A DNA stretch of 28,609 bases, taken from Candidatus Limnocylindrales bacterium (GTDB lineage: Bacteria > Chloroflexota > Limnocylindria > Limnocylindrales > CSP1-4). The translations under genes were made by a program, and so were the position numbers. The notes below the pieces were generated by a model. That model was not told the origin of the DNA. It worked only from the letters and a program-made list of their open reading frames with translations, and searched no databases. This document shows positions 8,751 to 18,179 of the stretch, piece by piece. Each line of letters starts with the position of its first letter. The stretch's first letter is position 1. Where the stretch lies: NCBI GenBank assembly GCA_036385235.1, contig DASVKT010000325.1:1-28609 (forward strand), given 5' to 3'.

Positions 8751-10532
8751 CTACTCCCTCAGCAGAATCCGCCGGATCAACGGGATCGGTGGAGATCCGT
8801 GGGCGATTACCGACTCCAGGTGCGCCCTATAGTCGAACCCCGGAGTCTCGCCAAAGCCTCCTACGACCCGCGGAACCGGCACAGCGGCGGCGCCGCGAGG
8901 ATCGCCGGACGCAACGGCCGCTCGAACGCGACGTTCCCGTTCCAGGCTCCACATCTCCATCGAGCCGACGAAGTACGTGGACAGCTGAGTGGAACTTAGC
9001 CGCGCCCGGTCCCACTTCTTGCGGGCCTCCGACTCTTCCTGGAACCCACCCTTGACCATCAAATCCATCGCCTCCTGCTCCGTCATGGAACCGGCGTGGA
9101 TCTGGATATCCATCATGGCGTTGGTGATGGCCCGCAGATAGAACTTCCAATGGATCAACATCAGGGCCTGATCGCCGGCGTGGAAGCCGAGGTCCATCAT
9201 GACCTGGGTCACGTAGACGGCCCAGCCCTCGATGAAGACGCCACTGCCGAAGACGGCCCGCACCAGGGACGGGCAGCGGTTCGAGTAGACGAGCTGGAGG
9301 TAGTGGCCGGGCGTTCCTTCGTGAATGGTCGTCAGATCTATCTGGCGGTCGTTTTCCTCGGCCAGATACGAGTCCACCTGCTCCGGAGTCCAGTCATCCG
9401 GTGGCGGGGTCATGAAGTAGAACGTCTTCTGGCCCTTGTCCAGCGGCCCCGGCGAATCGAGCATCGCGCCGGCGAACTCGCGCAGGAATGGCGGCGTCCA
9501 CTCGATCTCCAGAGGCTCGTCCGGGACCGTAATGACGTCGTGGCTCCTGGCAAACTCGACGATGTCGCGATAGCTCTCGCGGCAATAGTCCACGAGATCC
9601 GCGGCCGGATGATGAGCCTTGCCTATGGCTGCGGTCACGGTCGCGACCGTTCGCGAGTCCGCCGCTTCCGGGCTGCCATCTCTCGCCGCCGTGGGAAGTG
9701 GCTCCCCCGGCACCCACTGGCTCCAGATCTCCCGGGCAATCCGGATCATCTCGGCCCTGACCGCATCGAATTCCACGCGGGCCTGGACCATGATCGTGTC
9801 GGCGGTAAGGTCGCTGCGGAACGTGTGGTGCAGCTTCCGGGCGAACAACTCCGGTCCGAGTCTGCCTTCGCCAGTGGATCGGTGTAGCAACTCCGCCAGG
9901 TGTCGATCGAGGTCGGCGATAGCGTCCAACGCATCTTCGGCGCCCGCCTTCAACCGAGGGAGCACCTCGGCCACGCCCGGCTCGCCCGTGGCCCTCTCGG
10001 CTTGCGACACCGCGTCCTCAACCAGCGAAACGATCCCCGGCAGCTGCTTGATCGCCATCTCCGTGTGCAGCTTGGAGGGCGGCCTGGCAGGCATGCTCCC
10101 AAGTTCGTGCCGCGCCGCAGCGAGAACCGCCCGCACCCCTTCCAGACGCGCGGCCACGGACGTCAGCCGCTCGGACAGCGGCGCGAACTCGCGCGCAAGC
10201 AGCGGAAAAATGCCGCCACCGAGCAAGTACACGATACCGAGGGCGTCCCACGCATCCTCCCGCAGTTCCGTCTCGTCGAAGCACAGGGCGGCCAGTTCTG
10301 ATCGCAGCAGGTCCCGGTCGATCCGCTCATCGAGCGTCAGGTCGCCGTCGGCAAACGTCCGCAGTTCCAGCTCCCAGCGATCGGTGAAGGCGAGGCGGGC
10401 CTCCCGGCCGGCTGGGCTCAGATCCGGCCACTCGCCGTCCACCGCGTGCATGCCCATGGCGGTGGCGGCTACGGGATAGAGACGGAAGAACTCGTCAAGA
10501 AACGCGTCGACGCGAGCGGCAAACTGCGACAT
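8751..10532 (-). CDS. DUF885-family protein (gluzincin-like metallopeptidase motifs)
   Basis: TIHEGTPGHYLQ, FIEGWAVY and QLSTYFVG motifs. GAGGAG RBS. No obvious signal peptide. Confidence 0.88.
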   Translation of the reverse strand: MSQFAARVDAFLDEFFRLYPVAATAMGMHAVDGEWPDLSPAGREARLAFTDRWELELRTFADGDLTLDERIDRDLLRSELAALCFDETELREDAWDALGIVYLLGGGIFPLLAREFAPLSERLTSVAARLEGVRAVLAAARHELGSMPARPPSKLHTEMAIKQLPGIVSLVEDAVSQAERATGEPGVAEVLPRLKAGAEDALDAIADLDRHLAELLHRSTGEGRLGPELFARKLHHTFRSDLTADTIMVQARVEFDAVRAEMIRIAREIWSQWVPGEPLPTAARDGSPEAADSRTVATVTAAIGKAHHPAADLVDYCRESYRDIVEFARSHDVITVPDEPLEIEWTPPFLREFAGAMLDSPGPLDKGQKTFYFMTPPPDDWTPEQVDSYLAEENDRQIDLTTIHEGTPGHYLQLVYSNRCPSLVRAVFGSGVFIEGWAVYVTQVMMDLGFHAGDQALMLIHWKFYLRAITNAMMDIQIHAGSMTEQEAMDLMVKGGFQEESEARKKWDRARLSSTQLSTYFVGSMEMWSLERERRVRAAVASGDPRGAAAVPVPRVVGGFGETPGFDYRAHLESVIAHGSPPIPLIRRILLRE

Positions 10533-10697
10533 CGTTCTCCTCGGTGTATGTGCGTCGAGTGTAGCGGCACGACCAAGATGGGTCGGGCATGGCCTCGCCG
10601 CCCGATGCTAAACTGGCCTTCCGGCCGGCCAGTTCGTCCCGGCTTGCGTTGGAGGTCGTGCGCTGAGTTGCGGTTCGCCGGCAGAGGGAGCCATACA

Positions 10698-11768
10698 ATG
10701 ACGATCCGTCGCACCGCAGGCTTGGCCTTGGCCACGCTCCTGACCACCCTGGCCCTCTCCGGCTGCGCCGGAACGGCGACGACCGGCGGTTCCTTTCACG
10801 CCACCGGGTCCATGTCCACCGGCCGGCGCTTCCACACCGCGGCCCTGATGGCCGACGGGCGAGTGCTCGTGGTCGGCGGATACCTGTACCGGACGGCAGA
10901 AATCTATGACCCCGGCACCAGCTCGTTCAGAGAGACCGGCGGCATGTCGCTCAACCGCTACTGGCAGACGGAAACGCTTCTCACCGACGGCCGCATCCTG
11001 GTGACCGGCGGCCTCAGCGACAACGGCCCGGTCGCGTCTGCGGAGTTGTACGACCCGGCTACGGGTTCGTTCAACGCGGTCGGGAACATGACCACGGTGC
11101 GCTGGCAGCACACGGCCACACTGCTGAGCGACGGCCGGGTCCTCATCGTCGGTGGATCGAACGCATCGGCGGAGATCTTCGACCCGGCCACGGGCCAGTT
11201 CACGGCAACCGGCTCGATGGCCGCGCCTCGCTGGCAACACACGGCCACGCTGCTGAGCGACGGGCGGGTCCTGATTGCCGGTGGCGGTGGCGCATCCGGC
11301 TTCACGAACACGGCGGAGCTCTTCGACCCCACGACCGGAACCTTCAGCCAGACCGGGTCGATGACCACAGCCCGCTATCGCCACACGGCAAACCTGCTGC
11401 CCGGCGGCAAGGTCCTGCTGACGGGCGGCTTCACACCGACAGGCCAGGCTGCGCTGGGCGATCTGTACGATCCGGCCACCGGCAAGTTCACAGCCGTCGG
11501 CGCGGTCACGGACACTCACGCCTACCAGGCCGCGGCAAACCTGGCCGACGGGCGGGTCCTGGTGATCGGCGGCTTCGGCGGCGACGCGGGCGCCATCGCG
11601 GCATCCCAGATCTACGACCCCAAGACCAGCACCTTCGCCACAACCGGATCGCTGAACGTCGGCCGTGAGGCTCACACGGCGACGGCGCTCTCGGACGGCC
11701 GCGTGCTCGTCGTCGGCGGCAACACCGGATCGAGCGATCTGGTTTCGGCGGAGTTGTTCCAGCCCTAG
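10698..11768 (+). CDS. Kelch-repeat (7-bladed beta-propeller) lipoprotein
   Basis: Likely start ATG 10698 after GGGAG. Signal peptide with lipobox LSGC. Seven repeats of TGSMxxxRxxHTATLLxDGRVLxxGG...DPxT. Confidence 0.85.
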   Translation: MTIRRTAGLALATLLTTLALSGCAGTATTGGSFHATGSMSTGRRFHTAALMADGRVLVVGGYLYRTAEIYDPGTSSFRETGGMSLNRYWQTETLLTDGRILVTGGLSDNGPVASAELYDPATGSFNAVGNMTTVRWQHTATLLSDGRVLIVGGSNASAEIFDPATGQFTATGSMAAPRWQHTATLLSDGRVLIAGGGGASGFTNTAELFDPTTGTFSQTGSMTTARYRHTANLLPGGKVLLTGGFTPTGQAALGDLYDPATGKFTAVGAVTDTHAYQAAANLADGRVLVIGGFGGDAGAIAASQIYDPKTSTFATTGSLNVGREAHTATALSDGRVLVVGGNTGSSDLVSAELFQP

Positions 11769-11872
11769 CGGGGCGAGGCGCGCAACAAACCCCAACATGG
11801 TCTCGACGCCCGCGCTAGCATCCAACCACGCGGCGCCGCGATGATGGCGCGCAGATCTCGGAGGAAACGCCG

Positions 11873-12307
11873 ATGCTCGAGCTCGTCATCAAAGTCGCCG
11901 TAAACGCCGCCGCGCTGCTGACTGCAGCCATGGTCGTGCCGGACTTCCGTTTCCTGTTCCACACGGACAAGCCGGAGGACTGGCTGAAGATCCTGGTCAT
12001 TGCCCTCGTGTTCGCCCTGGTGAACAGCTACATCAAGCCGGTCGTCAAGGCGCTGGCGATGCCGATCGGCTTCCTGACGATGGGCATGGTGGCGTTCGTC
12101 ATTAACGCCGCTCTACTGCTTGGAACAGCCTACATCGTTAACACCTTTGTCAACGGCAACGGCTTCGCCTTCTCAGTCGGCGGTTACCCGCAGGGCCATT
12201 TCGGCTATGCGGCCATCGGCTGTGCAGTCGTCGCCTCGATCGTGATCAGTGCCGTGTCGACCGTTCTCAATCTGGTCCTGGTGCCGCGGAAGCTGGTCGG
12301 CTTCTAA
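11873..12307 (+). CDS. YvlD/DUF360-like 4-TM membrane protein (phage holin superfamily IV-like)
   Basis: VNAAAL...ALVFALVNSYIKPVVKALAMPIGFLTMG..AFVINA pattern, four hydrophobic segments, GGAGG RBS. Confidence 0.8.
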   Translation: MLELVIKVAVNAAALLTAAMVVPDFRFLFHTDKPEDWLKILVIALVFALVNSYIKPVVKALAMPIGFLTMGMVAFVINAALLLGTAYIVNTFVNGNGFAFSVGGYPQGHFGYAAIGCAVVASIVISAVSTVLNLVLVPRKLVGF

Positions 12308-12324
12308 ATCGCGCCGGGCTTGCC

Positions 12325-14391
12325 TTGATGCCTACCACAGACGCCTCGTCGCTGGCGAGTCTCTTCGACGCGAACGTCTCCAAGCAACAGGCGAAATCTG
12401 CGCCGGGGACGCTCACGGAACGCGAGCGGTTCCGAATGCGGCTTCGGCGCCGGCCCCTTCTTCTCGACGGCGCCATGGGAACGTTGCTCTTCTCGCGCGG
12501 AATTCCCCAGCGGGCCTGTCTCGACGAACTGGTCCTGACCAGACCGGAGATCGTCTCAACGATCCATCTCGAGTACATCCAGGCGGGCGCCGATGCAATC
12601 GAAACCAACACGTTCGGCGCCAATCGCTTCCGGCTCGCGGAGTACGGAGTCGAGAAGCTGGCCGGACGCCTGAATCGGCGCGGCGCCCAATTGGCCCGCG
12701 AGGCGCGAGAGACATCCGGCAAGGACGTCCTGATCGTCGGCTCCATCGGGCCGCTCGGTCCCAGTGGCCGCATGCCCAAACCGCATCCGGGAATCGCTCG
12801 CGCCGCGTTCCGGGAGCAGATCGAAGGCCTGCTCGAGGGCGGCATAGACATGTTCACCTTCGAGACATTCGACCAGCTCGAGATGCTGCTGCTGGCGGTG
12901 GAAGAGGCACAGCGCGCGTGCGACCTGCCGATCATCGCCCAGATGACCTTCGGCGAGGACATGGCCGCCAACGACGGCACCACTCCCGACATTGCGGCGG
13001 CGGCGCTGACCGTGGCGCGAGTGGACGCGATCGGCGTCAACTGCGGCGCCGGGCCGCTCGTCTGCCTGGAGGCCCTGGCCAGGACCGGCCCGCCGACCGC
13101 CACGGTTGCGCGCTGCATCGTCCCGAACGCGGGGCTGCCTCAGCGCATTGAGGGCGAATTCATCTACTCGGCCGGGCCGGAATACTTCGCCGAGATGGTC
13201 CCGCAGACGCTCGTGGCGGGAGCCCGAATCCTGGGCGGCTGCTGCGGAACCACTCCGAAGCACACGAGAGCAATGCGAGCGGCAATCGACGCGCTCAGCC
13301 TGGGCGGCGCCGCGGCCAGAACGATAGTGGCGCCGGTGCCGGGCGACCACGACCCGGCCGACGCGGCACCCGACGCGGCTCCCGACGCGGCCGAATCCGA
13401 CCCTGTGGCCGCGGCCGCGCCGCGCACGCCCCGGCCAGAAGCCCCGGGCGGAGACGAAGCCACTCCCCCATCCGGTCTCGCGGCCAAACTCGCCGACGGC
13501 TCCTTCGTCATCTCCGTCGAAATCGATCCGCCGCGGTCGATTCGCATAGAGCGCACGATCGAGGCAGCGCGTCTGCTCAAGGCGGCCGGCGTTGATCTCG
13601 TGAACATCAGCGACTCCGCGACCGGCCGGGTCCGCATGGGCGCCATGGCGGTCTCGTTCGGGATCCAGCAGCAACTGGGGCTGGAGTGCCTGGTTCATCT
13701 GACAACCCGAGATCGCAACCTGATGGCGCTGGAGGCGGAGTTGCTCGGTGCTCACGCCCTGGGCCTGCGCAACATCCTGGCTCTGACCGGGGACCCGCCG
13801 CGCGTGGCGGACCGGCCGGCAACTTCGGCTATCTGGGACGTGGACTCCATCGGCCTGATCGAGATCATTCGCCGGCTCAACAGGGGTGAGGACGCGGCCG
13901 GCTTCCCGATCGGGCAGGCGGCCCATTTCACAATCGCCTGCGCCCTCGACTCGACATCGCCCAACCCGGACAAGGAGTGGGGCCGGCTGGAGCAGAAGCT
14001 CGCGGCCGGGGCAAACCTGATCATGACCCAGCCGGTCTATTCGCAAGGGCAGGTCGAGGCCATGCTGGCCCGGTCGCGCCAGATATTCGGTGGCAGCGGC
14101 TTCCCGGTACCGGTCCTGCTCGGCATCCTGCCTCTGCACAGCTCCCGGCACGCCGAGTTCCTGCACAACGAGGTGCCGGGAATCACGATTCCAGACGAGC
14201 AGCGGGCGACGATGCGGGAAGCGGGCGAGCGCGGCGGCGAGGCTGGCCTCGAGATGTCGATGAACCTGCTGGCCGAGGTCGAGAGCCAGGTAACCGGCAC
14301 GTACATCATGCCCAGCTTCGGCCGGTACGAGCTGGCGGCAGAACTGGTGCGCCGCATCCGTGCCCGGCACGCAGCCCGGAAGAAGAACTAG
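12325..14391 (+). CDS. yitJ: Bifunctional homocysteine S-methyltransferase / methylenetetrahydrofolate reductase (YitJ-like)
   Basis: LLDGAMGT, IETNTFGAN, Zn-ligand motifs GVNC and GGCCGT, an Ala/Pro linker, then an MTHFR domain (VEIDPP, NISD, HLTTRDRN, ALTGDPP, IMTQPVY). The start may be TTG 12325 or ATG 12328. Confidence 0.9.
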   Translation: MMPTTDASSLASLFDANVSKQQAKSAPGTLTERERFRMRLRRRPLLLDGAMGTLLFSRGIPQRACLDELVLTRPEIVSTIHLEYIQAGADAIETNTFGANRFRLAEYGVEKLAGRLNRRGAQLAREARETSGKDVLIVGSIGPLGPSGRMPKPHPGIARAAFREQIEGLLEGGIDMFTFETFDQLEMLLLAVEEAQRACDLPIIAQMTFGEDMAANDGTTPDIAAAALTVARVDAIGVNCGAGPLVCLEALARTGPPTATVARCIVPNAGLPQRIEGEFIYSAGPEYFAEMVPQTLVAGARILGGCCGTTPKHTRAMRAAIDALSLGGAAARTIVAPVPGDHDPADAAPDAAPDAAESDPVAAAAPRTPRPEAPGGDEATPPSGLAAKLADGSFVISVEIDPPRSIRIERTIEAARLLKAAGVDLVNISDSATGRVRMGAMAVSFGIQQQLGLECLVHLTTRDRNLMALEAELLGAHALGLRNILALTGDPPRVADRPATSAIWDVDSIGLIEIIRRLNRGEDAAGFPIGQAAHFTIACALDSTSPNPDKEWGRLEQKLAAGANLIMTQPVYSQGQVEAMLARSRQIFGGSGFPVPVLLGILPLHSSRHAEFLHNEVPGITIPDEQRATMREAGERGGEAGLEMSMNLLAEVESQVTGTYIMPSFGRYELAAELVRRIRARHAARKKN

Positions 14392-14412
14392 GCAGCAGCA
14401 GCAGCAGCAGCA
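14392..14412. repeat. (GCA)7 simple sequence repeat
   Basis: Seven perfect GCA units immediately after the yitJ stop codon. Confidence 0.85.
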
Positions 14413-14452
14413 ACCGCTACGAGGATCGGTCCGAGTGGGCTAAACTCGCGGC

Positions 14453-14782
14453 ATGGGTGCAGTCGACACGATGGAACAGTTCTTCGAGTTCTTGAACGCG
14501 GGTGATCGCGAGGGCGCCGTCTCTCTCATGGATGAGAAGGCGGAACTCCGGGTCCACGTCGCCGGTAACGCACGCACCCTTCGAGGGCTGCGCGAGGTCG
14601 GTGGCTGGTTCCTACGCGCCGAGCCCGGCTTTCGGATGATCCCGGGCGATGTCCGCGACATGGGCAACACCTACCAGGCAAATCTCCTGGTGGTCAGGCC
14701 CGGGGCGCCGAGTCAGCAGCTGGACTCAAGCTTCCGAGTTGAGGCCGGCAAGATCACGGCCATAAACCTAACGCCGCGCTAG
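14453..14782 (+). CDS. Small NTF2/SnoaL-like fold protein
   Basis: Pattern of EQFFEFLNAGDREGAVSLMDE, LRGLREVGGW and C-terminal FRVEAGKITAI. ATG lies 6 nt after TAAACT (14441-14446). Confidence 0.6.
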   Translation: MGAVDTMEQFFEFLNAGDREGAVSLMDEKAELRVHVAGNARTLRGLREVGGWFLRAEPGFRMIPGDVRDMGNTYQANLLVVRPGAPSQQLDSSFRVEAGKITAINLTPR

Positions 14783-14786
14783 GTTT

Positions 14787-14826
14787 CCGAGCGCCCCCGA
14801 GCGCCCCCGAGCGCCCCCGAGCGCCC
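14787..14826. repeat. 10-bp tandem repeat (ccgagcgccc) x4
   Basis: Four consecutive units between convergent stop codons. Confidence 0.85.
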
Positions 14827-14876
14827 CGCGCCGCAGCCCTCAACACGCGACCTGAAGCCAGCAGCGAACCCCTCTG

Positions 14877-15812
14877 CTAGCTCGCCCCGGCCGATGGCGA
14901 GGGCTTCCAGCCTATCGGCGGGATGTAGAGGACATCCCCGGCCTGGATTATGGCGGGGTCTTTGACCTGCGGATTGGCCGCCAGCAGGTTTTCCTGCGTG
15001 ATGTGATAGGTGGCGGCAATCGCCCACCACTGGTCGTCCGGTTTGATGATGTACTGGTACATGGTTGCGTCGGCCGCGTTGGCAGTTGGCGTAGGAGTCG
15101 TGACCGCGTTGGTCGAGACGGGCAGCGACGGTGCGCTTGCGGCGGTCGCGCCACGATTCACGGAGATGACGATCGGAAACAGAATCAAAGCGACCATCAG
15201 AATGGCCAGGCAGATGGCTGCCAGCAGGAGCGGCTGATTGGCGCGATGTTCCTCGCGGCTGCGCAGCCTGGGGAAGCTCTCCAGCCGAGGCGGGTTTTCC
15301 CAGCCAGGATGAGTTGGGCCGCGGCGAGCCATGGCAACCGCAGGCGCCCCGAGCGAGGATGGTGGAGTGGGGGCGGCAGGAGCCTTGGAGCGCTTGCCCT
15401 CGTTGTCATAGCTCCAGAGAGTGGCGGATGCGTCCGTGCGGCGCGGGAGCGCTTCGGCCGGAGGCGTCGTGGCGGAGCGGGCAGCCAGAAAGGCCGGAGT
15501 GAGCGGCTCATCGGCCGCTACGGCTGCAGCGACTTCATCCTGAATTCCGGGGCGCCGCGCTGGCGCAACGGGAGCCTTGACCGCTGCGGCTTCCTGCCGC
15601 GCCCAGTCCAGGAAGACGGGGCATCCGGCGAAGCCTGCAGTCAGACAATAGCTTTCCTGATGCGGGAAGGCGCGCGGCTCCGGCTCCGGCGCGGCGAAGC
15701 AGCGATGCCGGTGATCGGCCTTGCTCGAACGATGGTCCCGGTCGTCCTCAAAGGCTACGAACGGGCACGCACTCGGGCCGCCGTCTGACAGTTCAGTGGG
15801 CTCCTCAATCAC
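14877..15812 (-). CDS. Membrane protein: N-terminal Cys/His-rich domain, Pro/Ala linker, one TM, C-terminal LysM domain
   Basis: LysM pattern YIIKPDDQWWAIAATYHITQENLLAANPQVKDPAIIQAGDVLYIP. TM segment LLLAAICLAILMVALILFPIVISV. GTG lies 6 nt after TACAAT. Confidence 0.8.
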   Translation of the reverse strand: MIEEPTELSDGGPSACPFVAFEDDRDHRSSKADHRHRCFAAPEPEPRAFPHQESYCLTAGFAGCPVFLDWARQEAAAVKAPVAPARRPGIQDEVAAAVAADEPLTPAFLAARSATTPPAEALPRRTDASATLWSYDNEGKRSKAPAAPTPPSSLGAPAVAMARRGPTHPGWENPPRLESFPRLRSREEHRANQPLLLAAICLAILMVALILFPIVISVNRGATAASAPSLPVSTNAVTTPTPTANAADATMYQYIIKPDDQWWAIAATYHITQENLLAANPQVKDPAIIQAGDVLYIPPIGWKPSPSAGAS

Positions 15813-15919
15813 GCCCGAATTGTACCCGGGGCCACCAGTCTTGTGCCAAAACCCCTCCAGTACCGTCTGGTGGTTCGCGGTGAGGCCGGGTAATCGGGGC
15901 CCGGATGCCCCCGACCCCT

Positions 15920-16384
15920 CTACGCCGGGATCTGATCCAGGGCCGACTGCAGCGACTGGATGTAGCCCTCGCTGGTGTACGTCGCGCCGGAGATGGTGTC
16001 GATCTGGGCGCTCTGGGCCACCAGGACCTCACTGCGAAGCTGCGGTCCGGCGTACGAGCTGATCTGGCCGGTGTGGCCGCCGCCGCTCGGAAGGTGCAGG
16101 GCCGTTGCGTCCGTGATCACGCCGTTCTGGATCGTGAGCTGCACCTGGACCGTGCCGTAGGGAGTATTCACGGCATTGCCGGTCAACTGGCCGGAATAGG
16201 TGCTCCGAATGGCCGCACTGCCACCCGCGGCGTTGCCGCCGTTGCCGCCGCCCGCGGCGTTGCCGCCGTTGCCGCCGCCCGCGTTGGAAACCGGACTCGG
16301 CGCCACGTAGGGCGTCTTGAAGCTGAGAAGTAGCGCCAGCGCCGCGGTGGTGAGGAGAGTTGCAACAACGGCTCGTTTAGGCAT
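15920..16384 (-). CDS. Secreted or membrane-anchored FMN-binding domain protein
   Basis: N-terminal signal/anchor, Gly/Asn linker, YGTVQVQLTI and the flavinylation motif DTISGATYTSEGY. Confidence 0.88.
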   Translation of the reverse strand: MPKRAVVATLLTTAALALLLSFKTPYVAPSPVSNAGGGNGGNAAGGGNGGNAAGGSAAIRSTYSGQLTGNAVNTPYGTVQVQLTIQNGVITDATALHLPSGGGHTGQISSYAGPQLRSEVLVAQSAQIDTISGATYTSEGYIQSLQSALDQIPA

Positions 16385-16401
16385 TATCAGTTCTCCATCG
16401 C

Positions 16402-17811
16402 CTAGAAAGCGAAGCGTTCGTAGTGGACCTGGCCATCAGGAACGCGAAGCCAGCGAAGACTGTTGAGGACTCGAGTCATCATCCCGGTCGGGCCGCAGAC
16501 GTAAACGTCGCGGTCGTGGATGTCCGGGACCAGGCGCCGGAGCGCCCTGGGGTCGAGCGGATCGCTCGGCATCTCCCGAGACCCGCGCTTTCCAACCAGG
16601 TAGTGGACGGTCGCGCCGCGCATGCTCGCCAGCTCGTCGATCTCCTTCCGGAAGACCAGTTCGCTTGGGTCGCTGGCGCGGTAGACGAGAGTCAAGTTGC
16701 CGCGCGATGCCGGCAGCTCTTCCAGCAGGGCCCGCAGCGGGGTGATCCCGATGCCGCCCGCGATGAGCAGAACCCGGGCCTTGGTCCGAGCCGCGCCGGT
16801 CAGGGCGCCGTACGGGCCTTCGACGAAGACGGGCGTCCCAACGGCGATCCGCTGGAGCTTGTCCGTGTGGTCGCCCAGATCCTTGATCGTGAAGCGTAGG
16901 TACTTGCCGTTCGGCGCGGCCGAGATGGAGAAGGGATGGGCCTTGTACCAGCCGTCCCTCGTCAGGAAGCGGAGGCGGAACCACTGACCGGCGCGTACGG
17001 GAAGCTGATCCAGCTCGCGCCCGGAAAGGTAGATCGATGAGACGCCCGGAGCTTCTTCCACGACGTTGGCGACGCGGAGCCGGTGCCGGCGAGACACGGA
17101 AACCGGCTGCCAGAAGCGGAAGACGACCAGGCATCCGAACGCCACCACGTACAGCCCGATCCAATAGATGCGGGCGACGATGTCCGTGGTGAAGTCCACA
17201 CCCACAAAGAGCTGGTGCAGGAAGCCGAGGGCAATGGCGAGATATGTGTAGAGGTGGATCGCGTACCAGGTCTCGTAAGAGGCCTTGCGGCGGACGGCTC
17301 TCACGGACGAGAAGCCGACGACCATGAAGAGAACCAGCGACACCGCAGACCACAACACGTACGGATAGGTGAGGATCAGGGTGAAGAACTGATCCACCGG
17401 CGAAACGCCGACGCCCATCGCGTATCCCACCGTTGTGAACACGGCATGGCCGACAAGCAGCCAGATGGCAGTGAAGCCAACCCAGCGGTGAGCGTCCGTA
17501 ATTCGATCCTGCCCAAAGACCTGATCCAGCCAGGGGCTGCGCGACATCAGGATCAACTGGATCAGAACCAGGTAGGTCCCCATGAGAGCAGTGATCTCGC
17601 CTGCGGCGGTGAAGATGCCGGCCGTCGTGGCCAGCTCGCTCAGATTGCCGTGGCGAACCCACATGGCGAGGATCAGCAATGCGTTCCCGCCGAGGATGGC
17701 GTATACGTCATTGGCAGTGACCGGCCAGACACGCGGCATCGGGACGCGGCGGCCCTTGCGGGCCGGCGCCGCCGTTTGAACCGAGTTGCGAGTGTTGGCC
17801 GTTGGGTTCAT
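16402..17811 (-). CDS. Ferric-reductase-like transmembrane domain fused to an FAD/NAD-binding (ferredoxin-reductase-type) domain
   Basis: Heme-ligand His residues in TM helices (AHRWVG, GHAVF, IHLYTY, LHQ), HPFSIS, EGPYG, IAGGIGITP, VYVCGP and terminal HYERFAF. Likely start ATG 17811. Confidence 0.88.
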   Translation of the reverse strand: MNPTANTRNSVQTAAPARKGRRVPMPRVWPVTANDVYAILGGNALLILAMWVRHGNLSELATTAGIFTAAGEITALMGTYLVLIQLILMSRSPWLDQVFGQDRITDAHRWVGFTAIWLLVGHAVFTTVGYAMGVGVSPVDQFFTLILTYPYVLWSAVSLVLFMVVGFSSVRAVRRKASYETWYAIHLYTYLAIALGFLHQLFVGVDFTTDIVARIYWIGLYVVAFGCLVVFRFWQPVSVSRRHRLRVANVVEEAPGVSSIYLSGRELDQLPVRAGQWFRLRFLTRDGWYKAHPFSISAAPNGKYLRFTIKDLGDHTDKLQRIAVGTPVFVEGPYGALTGAARTKARVLLIAGGIGITPLRALLEELPASRGNLTLVYRASDPSELVFRKEIDELASMRGATVHYLVGKRGSREMPSDPLDPRALRRLVPDIHDRDVYVCGPTGMMTRVLNSLRWLRVPDGQVHYERFAF

Positions 17812-18075
17812 CGAGTTGAAGCACTCCCCATCCTGTTGCGCTGTCAAAGCGTGCCGGATGTCGCTCCCTGACTGTGTCACCCGTGCTACAGAGCGACCCG
17901 ACGGGGCAATATTCGAGGAGATAGCTGGAGTGAGGCTGAAAAGTTCATGGTGGAACTGTGTGTTTAGCGTGCAGGCATCGTGGAGTCGCAGCCGCTCCGG
18001 CAGCACCGCAGAACCGTTGCGCAGCCGCTCCGGCACCGCCGGAGAACCGGCCCCCGGTCCGACGAACAGCCGAGA

Positions 18076-18105
18076 TTGACAGGCGGACCTCGCCCCACCA
18101 ACACT
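18076..18105 (+). promoter_or_regulatory. Candidate sodN promoter
   Basis: Perfect -35 TTGACA at 18076-18081 with a weak -10 (aacact) 18 nt downstream. Overlaps one arm of a 9-bp inverted repeat (18071-18079 / 18139-18147). Confidence 0.35.
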
Positions 18106-18179
18106 TGCACACGGCCGAGGCCCAACGAAGCTGCTTGCTCAATCTCGCCTCGCCTGACGTCCCCGCCGGGAGGAGATCG

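Noticed and set aside
10446-10697. Upstream in-frame extension of the Kelch ORF; likewise the extensions of 16402-18036, 17958-18599, 18448-19188, 19958-21067, 21310-22533 and 24369-25451
   Set aside because: The extensions overlap neighbouring genes or promoters and look non-coding. Downstream starts have an RBS or -10 spacing and match the expected domain boundaries.
11873-12307. Holin-family gene as evidence of a prophage
   Set aside because: No integrase, endolysin or structural genes are nearby. YvlD-like proteins are commonly chromosomal.
14392-14412. (GCA)7 as a phase-variation switch
   Set aside because: It is intergenic and a multiple of three. It lies about 30 nt upstream of the next -10 box, so an effect on expression is not supported.
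16224-16282. 27-bp repeat inside the FMN-binding gene
   Set aside because: It encodes an in-frame GGNGGNAAG flexible linker, which is ordinary low complexity.
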